This document shows positions 43,902-56,814 of a DNA stretch of 64,000 bases, piece after piece. Positions within the stretch are counted from its first letter, which is position 1. Every line of letters starts with the position of its first letter. This DNA comes from Neocallimastix sp. 'constans' (lineage: Eukaryota). Under the pieces are notes generated by a model. It was not told the origin of the DNA and ran no database searches. It worked only from the letters and a program-made list of their open reading frames with translations. A program made the translations under genes and the position numbers. Location: the NCBI GenBank assembly GCA_050613775.1, contig JBODTK010000144.1, positions 1-64,000 on the forward strand. The letters run 5' to 3'.

Positions 43902-46704
43902 TATTCTTTATTTATTTATCTATTTATTTATTAATTTATACATTTATTTATTTTAAAATTAATTGTATTATAATTTTTTATGGCGTTAACAAAAAATTTT
44001 ACAAGCCATTAAAAATAAATGGCGTATTGAAAATTTGTATTTTAAAAATTGGCGAAATGAACCACATTCAATTTTTACTATAAAAATAATTATTTTTATT
44101 ATCTTAAAAAAACGAGTTCTTAAAATTAATAAAATTTATTTATTAAATAAATACAAAAATTAAATAAAGTTTATTATAAAAAACACATATACTTTTCTCA
44201 AATAATAACAAAATTATTTTATATTCAAAAGATTAGGTCATTTATATGTTATATTTTTATTGAAAATAAAATATTAAATGAAAATATAAAAAAAAAAACA
44301 GCTTAATAGTTTTGTTCATAAAATTACATTTTATTTATAATTATTTAGAGAATGCCAAATTGAGCAATACAACTTTATAAATATAATTTATCTTTATGTT
44401 CAATACAATAAAAATATTATATATTTTGAATTTATTATTACTAATTACAACAGCATATTATAATAAATTATAAAAAAAATTAAATTTAAAATTAAAAATC
44501 ATGTAATTCTTTGGACTTAAATATAGTATTTTATAATTTTTTTTTAAAATTAATGACCATTATATATATATACAAGTAATTTTCTATTTCAACTAAAAAT
44601 TCTTTTTCTTTGAGTAAGAAATTGGTATTAAAATAAATTGGGTTCAGCTTAGTCTATTATTTTAATAAATAAATAGTTATAAGTTAAGGAAATATAAATA
44701 TATAAATATAAATATATCATTTAAAATTTTTCAATAATTAAAATTTTTTTTTTTTAGTATATTTTTTTTCATAATGAAAATTAAAACTTATATTTTAAAG
44801 TTCAAGAAATATTAAATATTAAATTTATAAAATGTAATTGTATTTAATACAATAAAAATTTATTAAACTTTAAACTTCCTGGATCTTATCAAAATTAAAT
44901 TTTGATAACCTTATATTAATTAAATGAAATTACTGATAAGAAAAGAATTGAATTGTTATCTTAAATCTTAGATTTTATTTATTATTATTAAGATACTAAT
45001 TCAAAATTCAAAATTGTTTATAAAAAAAAGGAGCTTATTGTAGTATTAATTATTAATACTATATCAAAATATATATTTTATATTTTTATATTCTTTTTTA
45101 ATAATAAATTATTATATAATATTAATTATTTTATAAAAATATTTTATTTTTTTATTTTTTATAAATTTAAATAACTCTTTAATTTTTCATATAATATTTA
45201 TTTATTAAATATATGATATAAAAAATATAAAAAATTGATAAGAGTATTGTCTTATGAAAATTCTTATCAAATTTAATAATCATGTGACCAATTCTTATCA
45301 AAATTTACAAATTTTATATTTATTTATATTTAATAATAAATAATTAAATATATTATAATATATAAATGAAATACATTATATCATATTCACATATATATTA
45401 TAAACTAATAACTATTATATATTAAATAAATTTTATATTAAATAATTAAAAAAATAAAAAAAAGAAAAATCATAATTAAATAAATAATTAAATAGTATTA
45501 TATATAGATAATCCATAATAATTAATAAATTTTATTTAATAATATTATTAAAAAGTTGTTTTTATTTTATTAATTCTATTTTTAACTTGTATTTCTTAAA
45601 ATATAATAAAAACTAATTAAAATAAATTAGAAATGATTTAGATTTAGTAAAATATTTTTCATTTTTGATTTGAAAGAGTTAAAATAAAATATTATTATAA
45701 CCATTATTTTATTATTTTATATATAATGTTTGGTTGAAATTATTAAATTAAAAAAAGACTTTCCTTTATAAAGAAATAATAGTATAAATATATATATTTA
45801 AATAGATAGGAATTATTATGTCATTTGAACTTTTTGTGTTAGTTCTTTTTATGCTATTATTAATTTATGAAATATTATGAGAATAATTATAAGTTTAATG
45901 ACAGATTATAACTCTATTAACGATTGTTTGGAAAATATGAAATATTCAGATGAATAAAATATATAAATAAAGAAATACAAAAAAAAAATTAATTTATTAA
46001 ACCGTTGATAATTGAATTATTCGAATGAATTATTATGATTATTATTTTTAAACTAAAATTTGATAAATTGAATTATTTAAATGAAATTGGATTAATTACT
46101 GATTCCAATATGAAAATTTTGATAGGAAAAATATTTAGTTATTTCATAAATCCACATAATAGTAATTTTTAGAAGTTCTTTAATATGTATAATAGTTATA
46201 TGTTTTGATATCATAAACTTAATAATAATAAAGTAAATATTTTGCTGTTATAAGTAATTTTTATTTTTCATTTAATTAATTAGTTTATCTTTTCTATTTC
46301 TTATTCATACTATTTTATTTAGATTTAAATATCATCTGTCTCAATTAATATTATTGAAGATGCTGGCAAAGCACATTTATAATTATATTATTTATAAATT
46401 TTTTTTAAATTAATTTTGAAATATTATTGTTTATATTTCATTTATATTATATATACAATTTGATTTATCTTGTAAATTTAAAATATATATTTTAAATATA
46501 TTATTTTAATTTGACATATTTATAATATTTATAATTTATTTTTATTTATTATTATATATTTATATATAATTATATATTAAATAATTTCAAATTTAAAAAT
46601 TATTATAATCATTTATTTTATTCTATATTTTTGTTTAACTATAGATAATTTTTAAATTATTTAATAAAAAAAGATAGCATTATTTAAAATAACTTTTTTT
46701 TTTT

Positions 46705-47165
46705 GCCATGTTGGTCCAGTCGGTTAGGACGATACAGGTTACTGTAGAGGGCGGGGTTCGAATCCTCGGCATGGCACCAAATAATCGGATGAGGTTTCTA
46801 TCCTGGGATATCATGAGACCACACGTGATGTCTATAAGGCTTTCCCTCAGATGATTATTTCACCCAACCATGATACTACGCTTTGAATTGAAGCATAGAC
46901 CTTGATGATTGTAAAATTTCCAATCGCCAATGATTACACCCACTAGGGAGGAGTTAATGGTTCCGTTCTGATGCTCGTGGTCATTAGAGATATATGTAGG
47001 AACGTTAGGAATGCATCTCCGGGCAGTGTGTAACGACGATTGAGAGCGGCGAAGCTGATACAGTATGCCAATAACTCATCACCTTACAGTTAATTAATAA
47101 CTGTATGGCCATATGGGAGATGGGTACCCATATGTGCAAGTCTATGTTTTTTTTTGTTTTTTTTT
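46705..47165 (+). mobile_element. tRNA-derived SINE family 2, copy b
   Basis: tRNA-like head 46705-46779 (GCCATGT/GCATGGC acceptor stem, GTCC/GGAC D stem, GGTTCGAATCC B box, ACCA end); two 8-bp 3' hairpins; T-rich tail; TSD TTTAAAATAACTTTTTT at 46683-46699 and 47166-47182. Confidence 0.9.
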
Positions 47166-48118
47166 TTTAAAATAACTTTTTTATTATTTAGTAATTATTT
47201 ATAAATTATTATATAAATAAATATAATTATTGATTTCTCTATATTATTATTTACAAGTATTTAAAATATAATATTAAGTAATTGATTTATATAATATAAA
47301 TAAAGTAGTAAAATTTATTTTTAAAAATAAATTATATCAATAATCTGACATGTGAAATTATGATAATATACAGTAGTAGAGGTTTTAATATAATATAGCT
47401 TTTTCATAATAAATTATCATTTTAAAGTAATTATGTATTTATTTTATTCAAGGTAAAAAATATATAGGTTTTGGTATTTAAAAAAAAAAGCATTTAAATA
47501 ATTAGTATAATAATATTTTCTATTAAATGTATTACTATATACATTTAATAGAAAATATTATTGATGGTTATTAACCAATCAAATACTTATATTCCTTATC
47601 AAAAATACTGATAAAGTGTTAATTCATATTCATATATTTCAATTTAAGAATTATTTTGAACGTTACACAATATAAAAAGTTATATTATAATAAATATAAT
47701 ATATGATAAAATATACTTAAAGTATGTATAAAAATTAAGATGGATCTATTAAAAATAAATTAAATCCGTTTTTTTAAATTTTGTTTTATCTCATAATATA
47801 TTTAAAGAGCATATTTTAATATATAGAGCATATATAATTAAATATATAACAATCATAAACTTGTTTAATAAAATATAAATAATTATTATATAACATAAAT
47901 ATATATTTATATTTAATCAATGAAGTTGAAATATAAATGTATAGTATATTTAATATAATATAGTTTGTGAAAAAAAATATAAATAAAGCAACTTTTTCTT
48001 GGTATTTATTATTCTTTACTCTTTTTTAACTGTTAAAATTTAATTTATATTTGAAATTTTTTTATTTTCATATTTATATTTTTGTTTAATAAAAATATTA
48101 TAAATTTAATAATTAAAG

Positions 48119-49555
48119 ATGGAATTCACTCATGGAATTGAACCAGAATTTGAACAAGCTCGTGATGAAATTATCAAGTCTTTAAATGAATCTAAGGTTT
48201 TTGAATTAGAACCAGATCTTAAGAGATGTCTTCCAGTTATTGTTGAACCAGAAAGAGTTATTGAATTCCGTGTTACTTGGGAAGATGACAAGGGTAACAC
48301 TAGAGTTAACCGTGGTTACCGTGTTCAATTTAACTCTGCTATTGGTCCATACAAGGGTGGTTTAAGATTCCATCCATCTGTTAACCTTTCCATTCTTAAG
48401 TTCTTAGGTTTTGAACAAATTTTCAAGAATGCTTTAACTGGTCTCCCAATCGGTGGTGGTAAAGGTGGTTCCGACTTTGACCCACATGATAAGTCTGACA
48501 ATGAAATCAGAAGATTCTGTCAAGCTTTCATGATTGAACTTCATCGTCACATTGGTGCTGATATTGATGTTCCAGCTGGTGATATTGGTGTTGGTGGTCG
48601 TGAAGTCGGTTTCTTATATGGTGCCTACAAGCGTCTTCAACAAAAGCGTGACTTTGGTGTCCTTACTGGTAAGGATACTCGTTACGGTCTTAACGGTTCC
48701 TACATTCGTCCAGAAGCTACTGGTTATGGTTTGATTTACTTTGTTCAAAACATGCTTACTTACTTAGGTAAGGATATTAAGGGTATGCAATGTGCTGTTT
48801 CTGGTTCTGGAAATGTTGCTCAATTTGCTGCTAAGAAGTTAATTAACCTTGGTGCTACTGTTCTTTCTTTATCAGATTCTCGTGGTGCTCTTATTGTTAA
48901 GAATCCAGCCAATCCATTTACTTTAAAGGATCTTGAAGTTATTGCTGAACTTAAAGTAAGAAAGGGTTCTCTTGAAGAACTTGCTGGTGATTCTCGTTTC
49001 GACTGGTTACCAGGACAAAGACCATGGAAGAATGTTAAGAAGGTTGATATTGCTCTTCCATGTGCTACTCAAAATGAAAACGATGCTGATGATGTTGAAG
49101 CTTTAGTTAAGGCTGGATGTTTCATTATTGCTGAAGGTTCTAACATGGGTTCTACTGATGCTGCTGTTCAAAAAATGGAAGCTCTTCGTGTTGCCTATAA
49201 TGAAACTGTTAAGGCTGGTAAGCCATCTGGTATGTTCTGGTACTCTCCAGGTAAGGCCTCTAACGCTGGAGGTGTTGCAGTCTCTGCTCTTGAAATGGCT
49301 CAAAATTCTCAACGTATGACTTGGGCTCCAGAACGTGTTGACTCTGAATTAAATAATATCATGACCAACATCTTTAACAACTCTGTTGATACTGCTGCTA
49401 AGTATACTCGCGAAGATTTAGGTAAAAATGTTAAATCTTCTGCTCAAAAGGCTGAAGCTACTGTTTCTGCTCTTCCATCTCTTGTCCAAGGTGCTAACAT
49501 TACTGGTTTCATTAAGGTTGCCAATGCCATGAAGGTTCACGGTGATTGGTGGTAA
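48119..49555 (+). CDS. gdhA: NADP-specific glutamate dehydrogenase, intronless
   Basis: EPEFEQA, GPYKGGLRFHPSVNLSILKFLGFEQIFKNALTGLPIGGGKGGSDFDP, VPAGDIGVG, RPEATGYG, SGSGNVA, NAGGVAVS, C-terminal GDWW. Strong codon bias typical of high expression. Confidence 0.97.
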   Translation: MEFTHGIEPEFEQARDEIIKSLNESKVFELEPDLKRCLPVIVEPERVIEFRVTWEDDKGNTRVNRGYRVQFNSAIGPYKGGLRFHPSVNLSILKFLGFEQIFKNALTGLPIGGGKGGSDFDPHDKSDNEIRRFCQAFMIELHRHIGADIDVPAGDIGVGGREVGFLYGAYKRLQQKRDFGVLTGKDTRYGLNGSYIRPEATGYGLIYFVQNMLTYLGKDIKGMQCAVSGSGNVAQFAAKKLINLGATVLSLSDSRGALIVKNPANPFTLKDLEVIAELKVRKGSLEELAGDSRFDWLPGQRPWKNVKKVDIALPCATQNENDADDVEALVKAGCFIIAEGSNMGSTDAAVQKMEALRVAYNETVKAGKPSGMFWYSPGKASNAGGVAVSALEMAQNSQRMTWAPERVDSELNNIMTNIFNNSVDTAAKYTREDLGKNVKSSAQKAEATVSALPSLVQGANITGFIKVANAMKVHGDWW

Positions 49556-50699
49556 ATTAAAAGCTCCGTAACTTTAGATTAATTAATATAAACTTGATAT
49601 TTTATTTATCTTTTATCTATTTACATTCAAATTTGAAGTATAATAGTTAAGAGTTTTATACGAATTCAGTTATGAATTGTATATCAATTGATAATAAATG
49701 TTCAATTATTTTGAAGAAAAAATTAAAAAAAATTTTTTTTAAAAGATTAAAATTTTGAAGTGATAATAATCCTAATATTTTTTTTTAAAGTTTAGAATAA
49801 ATAATTATAGAAAAACAACAATTTTATATTTAATATTCACAAATAATATCATGTAAATAAAGAACAAATATCTTTTTTAATAATATTCATAATTAAAAAT
49901 TTTTTTAAAATATATTTATTAAAACCAAAAATTTAGACTATCATAATAACAAATAATATATATATAAGCTTTAAAGCTAATATATAAAGATCTGAAGTTT
50001 ATAATATATATTATTCAAAATTAATAAAAATTAATAATAATAATAAAAAAAATTGTATACTAAAATTTCGTGTATAACATGTACATATTTTGATTGAATT
50101 GTTTTATACGTGTTTTGTTATCAATTCATTCATTATTGTATATATATAAAGTTTGATATAAATTTAGCATAAATTTGAATAAATATATTTAATAATGAAA
50201 TCAATATTATATATTTTCATAATAATATAGTGACAATATATAATTATAATGACAATAGTGATAATAAATTAAAAATTAACAAAAAATTATATATATATTA
50301 TTTACATAAATGGCATATGCTAATAGAATATATTATTAATATTTTTGTTTTAAATTAGGTGAACTTTAATTTTCATCATTTTGCTATTTACATTCAAATA
50401 AAAATTTTGTGCTAATAATAATATTTTTAATTCAATATTTAATTTATATATATTAAAATAAAAAATTAAGTAAATCTATTTACCAAAATTTCTTTCAGAT
50501 TGTAAATTCAAATACTAATCCGGGATAAGAATTCCTTTTTTTAACAGAAATCTTATAATCTGGAGGTGAGGCTCGTTACATATGGCCTTTTTTCTGATTT
50601 TATTTATATACTTTATTTTAAATACTACTTTTATTTCATATTTCTATTTAAAATATTATTATGTTCAATTTGGACAAATAATTTTTTTTTTTATTAATT

Positions 50700-51430
50700 T
50701 TATATTATTGTTCACAATAACTTCAGTTCTAAAATAATAAAGCTTAAAATATCCCCAATTCAACTTAGGGTTTTTGTGGAATATACATTTACGCTGTGAT
50801 TATAAATACAGTACTAATATTGCTATTAGAATGGGTAGAGTTTCAAAAGATTGTCCCAAGACTTGCCCCTGTTGTGGCGAAGGTAATCAATCTTATGAGC
50901 ATTGAATTTTTAAATGGGATGCTTTTGCATCTTTTAGATGGAATTCTTTAAATTTCATCGATGGTCTCTATGTTTTATTCATTAGGAAGATTAGAACGTT
51001 TAATCTTCTTTCTTTCTATGACTCTATTTCTGATTTTGAAGATTATATCAATCACTATATATACTTTGTTCCTTCTTGGTGGAACTTTAGCTTTAAATGA
51101 GCTACACTTCGATAGATGGGAACAGAGACAATTAACTGAACTACTTTTCAAAGGTTCATCTGAGTCACCTGTTCCCAAAATTGTGGGCTTGGCAGAATTC
51201 TTAACTAGTGCAATATCTACATAAGTAGTTCGCTTAAGCTATTATTTGATAGGTATTCCAAAATAATAAACTTAACTAAGGGCATCGACATCGTACTGAT
51301 AAGGTATAATAATAATACAGGATCATCATCTATTTCTACGAAGGGTGAATCTTGCCTTAGTAGTTCATTAAATGATGAATCAGGGGAGAGCATAGTGGAC
51401 ATCACACTATCTATTTTAAAGATGTTACTT
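50700..51430 (+). mobile_element. Degraded 3' end of a non-LTR retrotransposon (LINE) ORF2
   Basis: Plus strand reads LRCDYKYST..RVSKDCPKTCPCCGEGNQSYEH*IFKW (decayed C-x2-C-x7-H-x4-C knuckle), then FLLGG...GLAEFL; stops and frameshifts; boundaries approximate. Confidence 0.65.
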
Positions 51431-51843
51431 CTAGGTTATATTATTTTTTTATTTGTTAGGAAGGGAAAATTCCCATAATGTACAACTTGCTGAAATACAT
51501 AGTATTATAATATTTTTGAGATTTTTTATTTTTTATTTTTTAACTTGTATTTTTATTTTTAATTTATAATGTACTTTTCACCTACATGCATTTCTTATAA
51601 TAAAATTAATAAATTTATGGAAGTGTATTCTCTTCCCTATCTAAAAAAAAAAAAAAAAAAAAAAAAAATTCACAATCACTTCAGCTATAAAAAAAAAAAA
51701 AAAAAAAAAAAGGCAAATCTTTCTATGGAAATTTATTTATAATTATAGGTCTATTTATTTTCATTAATTATTAAAATAACAATTTATTATGTGTTTAGAA
51801 TTAAAGATAATAAAAATTTTAATTAGTATTATATTTGAAATTA

Positions 51844-51956
<113 letters not shown>

Positions 51957-52080
51957 GTTTGTATTTTGTTACATATATAATAATATATAATATTGACAAT
52001 TTTATTGACCAATAAAACCTTAACATTTTACATTTGGCATACAACCACATTTTCCATTGGTTTAATATTAGTAATTATAT

Positions 52081-52341
52081 TTATCTCTTTAGCACAATCA
52101 CATTTTTGACTTTTAGTATTTCTACATGAGTAATCGAACAATCTTTAGAAACCCAAATACCGTTATAATCGAAACTACATTTTGGTTCACAACTACCACA
52201 TCCACATTCGTGATTGGTAGAATAATTAATACAGCCAATACACATTTCTCCTAGCTTGTATGGACACTTTTTATCAAAATTTCTATATGGGCAATTTTGT
52301 GGACATTCGCATTGACTAATATTTTTATTACAGTCACACAT
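52081..52341 (-). CDS. Small Cys-rich hypothetical protein (metallothionein-like composition), possibly frameshifted
   Basis: 13 Cys in the first 68 aa (CDC, CEC, CIGC, CGCGSC), AAAAATG start context, GC above flanks; further Cys motifs continue in other frames to ~52020. Confidence 0.55.
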   Translation of the reverse strand: MCDCNKNISQCECPQNCPYRNFDKKCPYKLGEMCIGCINYSTNHECGCGSCEPKCSFDYNGIWVSKDCSITHVEILKVKNVIVLKR

Positions 52342-53444
52342 TTTTAATTTGTTTTCGATATAAATTTAATTAATATTAGAGTTTAAATTTATAGTTTAAA
52401 TAATCATTATATTATTTTTCTATATATTGTATAACTTAAAAATAAGTTAACTTCTAGTAGGTCTATTATAAAATTTTTTTTCTTCATATTTATAATTATT
52501 TCTTGAAAAATAAATAAATAAAAAAGAAAAAAGTTAAATCATAATTATATATATATTTTTTTAAAATCAATTCAGACGTTATAACTATTCAATAATTGAT
52601 GTAAAAATATTAAATATGACTCATTATAAAAATTATTCATAATTAATATAAAATTTATTGTAGAATGATAGAAGTTACTAGTTGATTTCAATGTCAAAAT
52701 TAGAAAAGTTAAATTATAAAATATTAAAATATTAAATAACCAAATTTATAATCAATGACTCATGAATAAACGAGATTAAATTTTTCATTTTTTAAATATT
52801 ATTAAAACGGTTTTTGTCCGCTTAATCAGTTCATTTAATGTTATTTGAGTCATATATTATTTCTCCGCTTGATAATCCTATATTACAATTATAAAAATTT
52901 ATGTAAATTAAAAAAAAGAAAAGTACTAATATTTTGTAATTTATAACTTAAATTTGATATCTTACAATTAAGATATCAAATTTAAAATTATAAATTATTA
53001 TCAAAAAAAAAAAAAAAAAAAAAAAAAAAGATTAGTTTAAATAAAATTTAATTAATATTAAAGTATATATTAATATATATTAATAATATATTTATATATT
53101 TTAAAAACCCTATATTTAGTATTTATTCAATATATAAGATTAATCTATTAAAGTTAAAAGAAACTATTAATAATTAAAGTCGTTTAAATTATTTATTATT
53201 ATTATTTCACAACAAATATCTATTATTAACAATAAATCTCGGAGATAACTAATAAAATGAATGAAAATAACAAAAAATAAAAAATATATTTTTTAAATAA
53301 TAATTTTTTTTTTTAATTTGTTTTTTAATATAACATAATTTATGTAAAATTATTTTTAACTCATTTTATTTATTTTTATTCAAACAATAATTTTATAAAA
53401 AAGCGGATGAAAAATCTTTTAAATTAATTAATTAATTATTTATC

Positions 53445-53481
<37 letters not shown>

Positions 53482-54514
53482 TTATAAAAGAACATATACA
53501 TATACTAAAATTTGAAGAAAAATTAAAGTTATTTAAATAATGAAGTATTTTAAAATCTTTTTGAATATTATAATTTTTTAATCCTTGTTATAAATATACT
53601 ATGATATTGCTGCTAAAAAAATACTTTTAAATATTCTCATTTAATTTATTTATTCATTTTATCACTATTTTTATATTTAAATAAAAACTTAGAAAAGAAA
53701 TCTTTTATTTATTTATTTATTATTTATTTTTTTTTATTTTTTTTTATTTTTTTTTTTATTTTTATTTATTTTTTTTTTTTTTTATTTTTATTTATTTATT
53801 TATTTTTATTTTTATTTTTATTTTTTTTTATTTTTATTTTATTTTTTTTTTATTTTTATTTTATTTTTTTTTATTTTTATTTATTTATTTATTTTATTTT
53901 TATTTATTTATTTTTTTTTTATTTTTATTTATTTATTTATTTATTTTTTTTTTTTTTTTGAAAAATAATTATCATTAATATCAAATTTTTAAGCTTTAGG
54001 ATAACTAATAAAATTAAAAAGTACAATGAGATATTTAAAATATCTAAAATATTATATTTTTTTTCAAGTTTTGAAATTATATAACATTGTTACCAAAAAA
54101 AAAAAAAATTTTTTTATTCTTTTAATCCAAGTATATTTAATTATTATTAATTCTATATTTTATATCAAAAAAACTGTTTTTAATCCATTCTAAGTTTTTA
54201 TTTTATTATTATGAAAAATATATTTTATACCAATAACTTAATTAACTAAGAAAATTAATAAAAACAAAAAACTAAAAAGTTTTAATTATTTATACTACAC
54301 AAATTAGATAGTTCTTCTAGCTCTATAACATTATAATTTCATAAAATATTTAAATATATAATAAAAAATATATATTTATATTTATTGAATAAAATAAATA
54401 TGAATTATATTTATTAATTTCTTTAAAAGAAAAAATATATATATAAAGTAAATTTAATATAAATTTTTATTTTTTAAATTTTATAAATATCAATGAAGAG
54501 GGTATTTATTATAT

Positions 54515-54564
<50 letters not shown>

Positions 54565-54584
54565 TATATATATATATCAATTGT

Positions 54585-56814
54585 TTATTCTTTGGTTTTA
54601 TCCTATTTATATAATTCATGTTAATTTTAAGAAATATATATATATATATATAATATTAAAATATTATTAGTAATACTTTAATAAATAAAATAATTAAAAC
54701 AATTTAATATTTTAAAATATTTATTACCTTAATTGTGTAATTTCCATAGTTCTTTTCTGGATTAAATACTTCCCATCTAGATGCTGGGAAAATATGTTTA
54801 TTTCTTTCATACCATGTTCTTTCTACTACTTTACCTGCATGGGACTAAAATAAATAGATTATTTTTTTAATTTAATTTATTTAATAAAAAAATTAATATA
54901 TATATATTTAAAATATTAAATATTATAAATTTTATAATTAAATATAAAAATATAAAATTACCTCATTCTTTTCAATTGAAGCATCATTAACAAGACGAAT
55001 ATCATCATGTACATCAAAACTAAATAATGGACCAGATTTTCCTCTAATTTTATTTACAATAAAATCATAGAATGTATAATGCTATGATATTTGTTTTTAT
55101 TAATATTATTAATATTAAATATTTAATATACATTAACAATATATATATATATTAAATTATTATTAAATTACTATTACTATTACTATTACTAGTATTATTA
55201 TTATTCTTATTTTTGCTTTCTTCTATAAAATTAATTAAAAATATATAGTTGCAAATTTTTATATTGTAACATACATGAGGTATAATTAAATCTTCTTTAA
55301 CGTATAATAAATTATCAACATTAACATTTCTAATTTCGTGAATTTGAGTACGGCATTTATCCAAAAATTGTGCTATTGTATCTCCTTTTTTACACTAGTA
55401 GTTATAAATATATATAAAGATATAATTAAATACTTAGTTTATTGTAGGTATATAGATGCAAAATAAATAATTATACCTCAACTTGTTTTCTATGACCAGA
55501 TCCATCCCAGTAACTGTAGGTAACAAGAATTTTTTCATCTTTATTAATAATTTTTAATATATATTTATAAAAGCAAATTATTTTCATCATTAGTATTACT
55601 TTTACTATTATTACTATTATTATTTTAATGTTATTGTCAGTATTATTACTGATATTTACCTTTTAATACTTGCTGTTCAGCTAACCATTTTTCTTTCAAA
55701 ATCTCTTTTTCTTTTTTTTCTTTTTCATCTCTTTCTTTATCTGGAAGAAAACTGGTATTTACATCTGGATTTTTTTTTAATTTAATTTTCTTTATAGGTT
55801 CTATTTATTAAAAATACAATAATATCGTTAATTAAAATTACATAATATAATATTTAAATAAATTTTACAATTAATATTTATATAATTGTAAAAAAAAAAA
55901 AAAAAAAATCAGAGAGAAGATTAATTATAATCATTGTATTAATAATAAATTTATTAATTTAATTTTATTTAAATTACAATGAAATTCCTATTTTTTTTTT
56001 TTTTTAAATAGAAAAATCATTGAACTAAACAATGTTAAAATTAATTAATCTATTATTAAATGTATCATTAAATTTAATCGATACATATAAAAATTTCATC
56101 ATTATTTAATTATATAAATTGTATTTTTTATTTATATTAAAAGTTTTGATTGATACTATTCATACTTTCATCAACATTCTCTTCCTCTTCCTCAAAATCT
56201 GCAAATGATAATTTATTTTTTTGAATCTTCTTCTTCTTTTTCTTTTTTGGTCTAATAATATTTAAAATTAAATTTTTACAATAAAGATTTTAGATTTAAT
56301 TGTTAATTTGTATAATTTATGTTAGATGATTCTATTTTAAATTTGTGAAAACAATTTTAAAAATCGTAAATCCATAAAACATATTATTATTATCATTATT
56401 TTTTTTTACTTTATTATTTCCTCCCCTTTCTTATTTTTTTCATCAATTTGTTCTCTAATTCTTTGGAAATCTTCAAGCATAACTAAACCAATTGTTCTTT
56501 TCTTTAATTCTGTTTCTGTACTATCATTTTGTGTAACGAATTTATCATTTCCAATTTTGATATTATTATCCTTTAATATATAATTTAAAAAAAAAATGAT
56601 TATTGTATAAAGTTAAAATTAATAATTAGTTATTAAATTTAATTTAATTAATTATTCACTAATTATTGAATGTCAAGATTTTAATTTAATTTATTTTAAT
56701 TACTTTTGCAATTTGCATTTTCTGTTTTTGATAATCTTCTAACATCTGATTACGTCTTTTTTCTAATAAATGCTGACGAGCTCCTTCAGCATTTCCACCT
56801 TTGTATTCAGCCAT
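54585..56814 (-). CDS. FAM50: FAM50/XAP5 nuclear protein, multi-exon
   Basis: [102 protein letters not shown]. The last exon (DKTKE*) is inferred. Confidence 0.93.

Noticed and set aside
46705..46779. Functional tRNA gene (also 39317-39391 and ~31930-31997)
   Set aside because: No 7-nt anticodon loop, no oligo-T terminator directly after the cloverleaf, and each is the head of a longer repeat; annotated as SINE heads.
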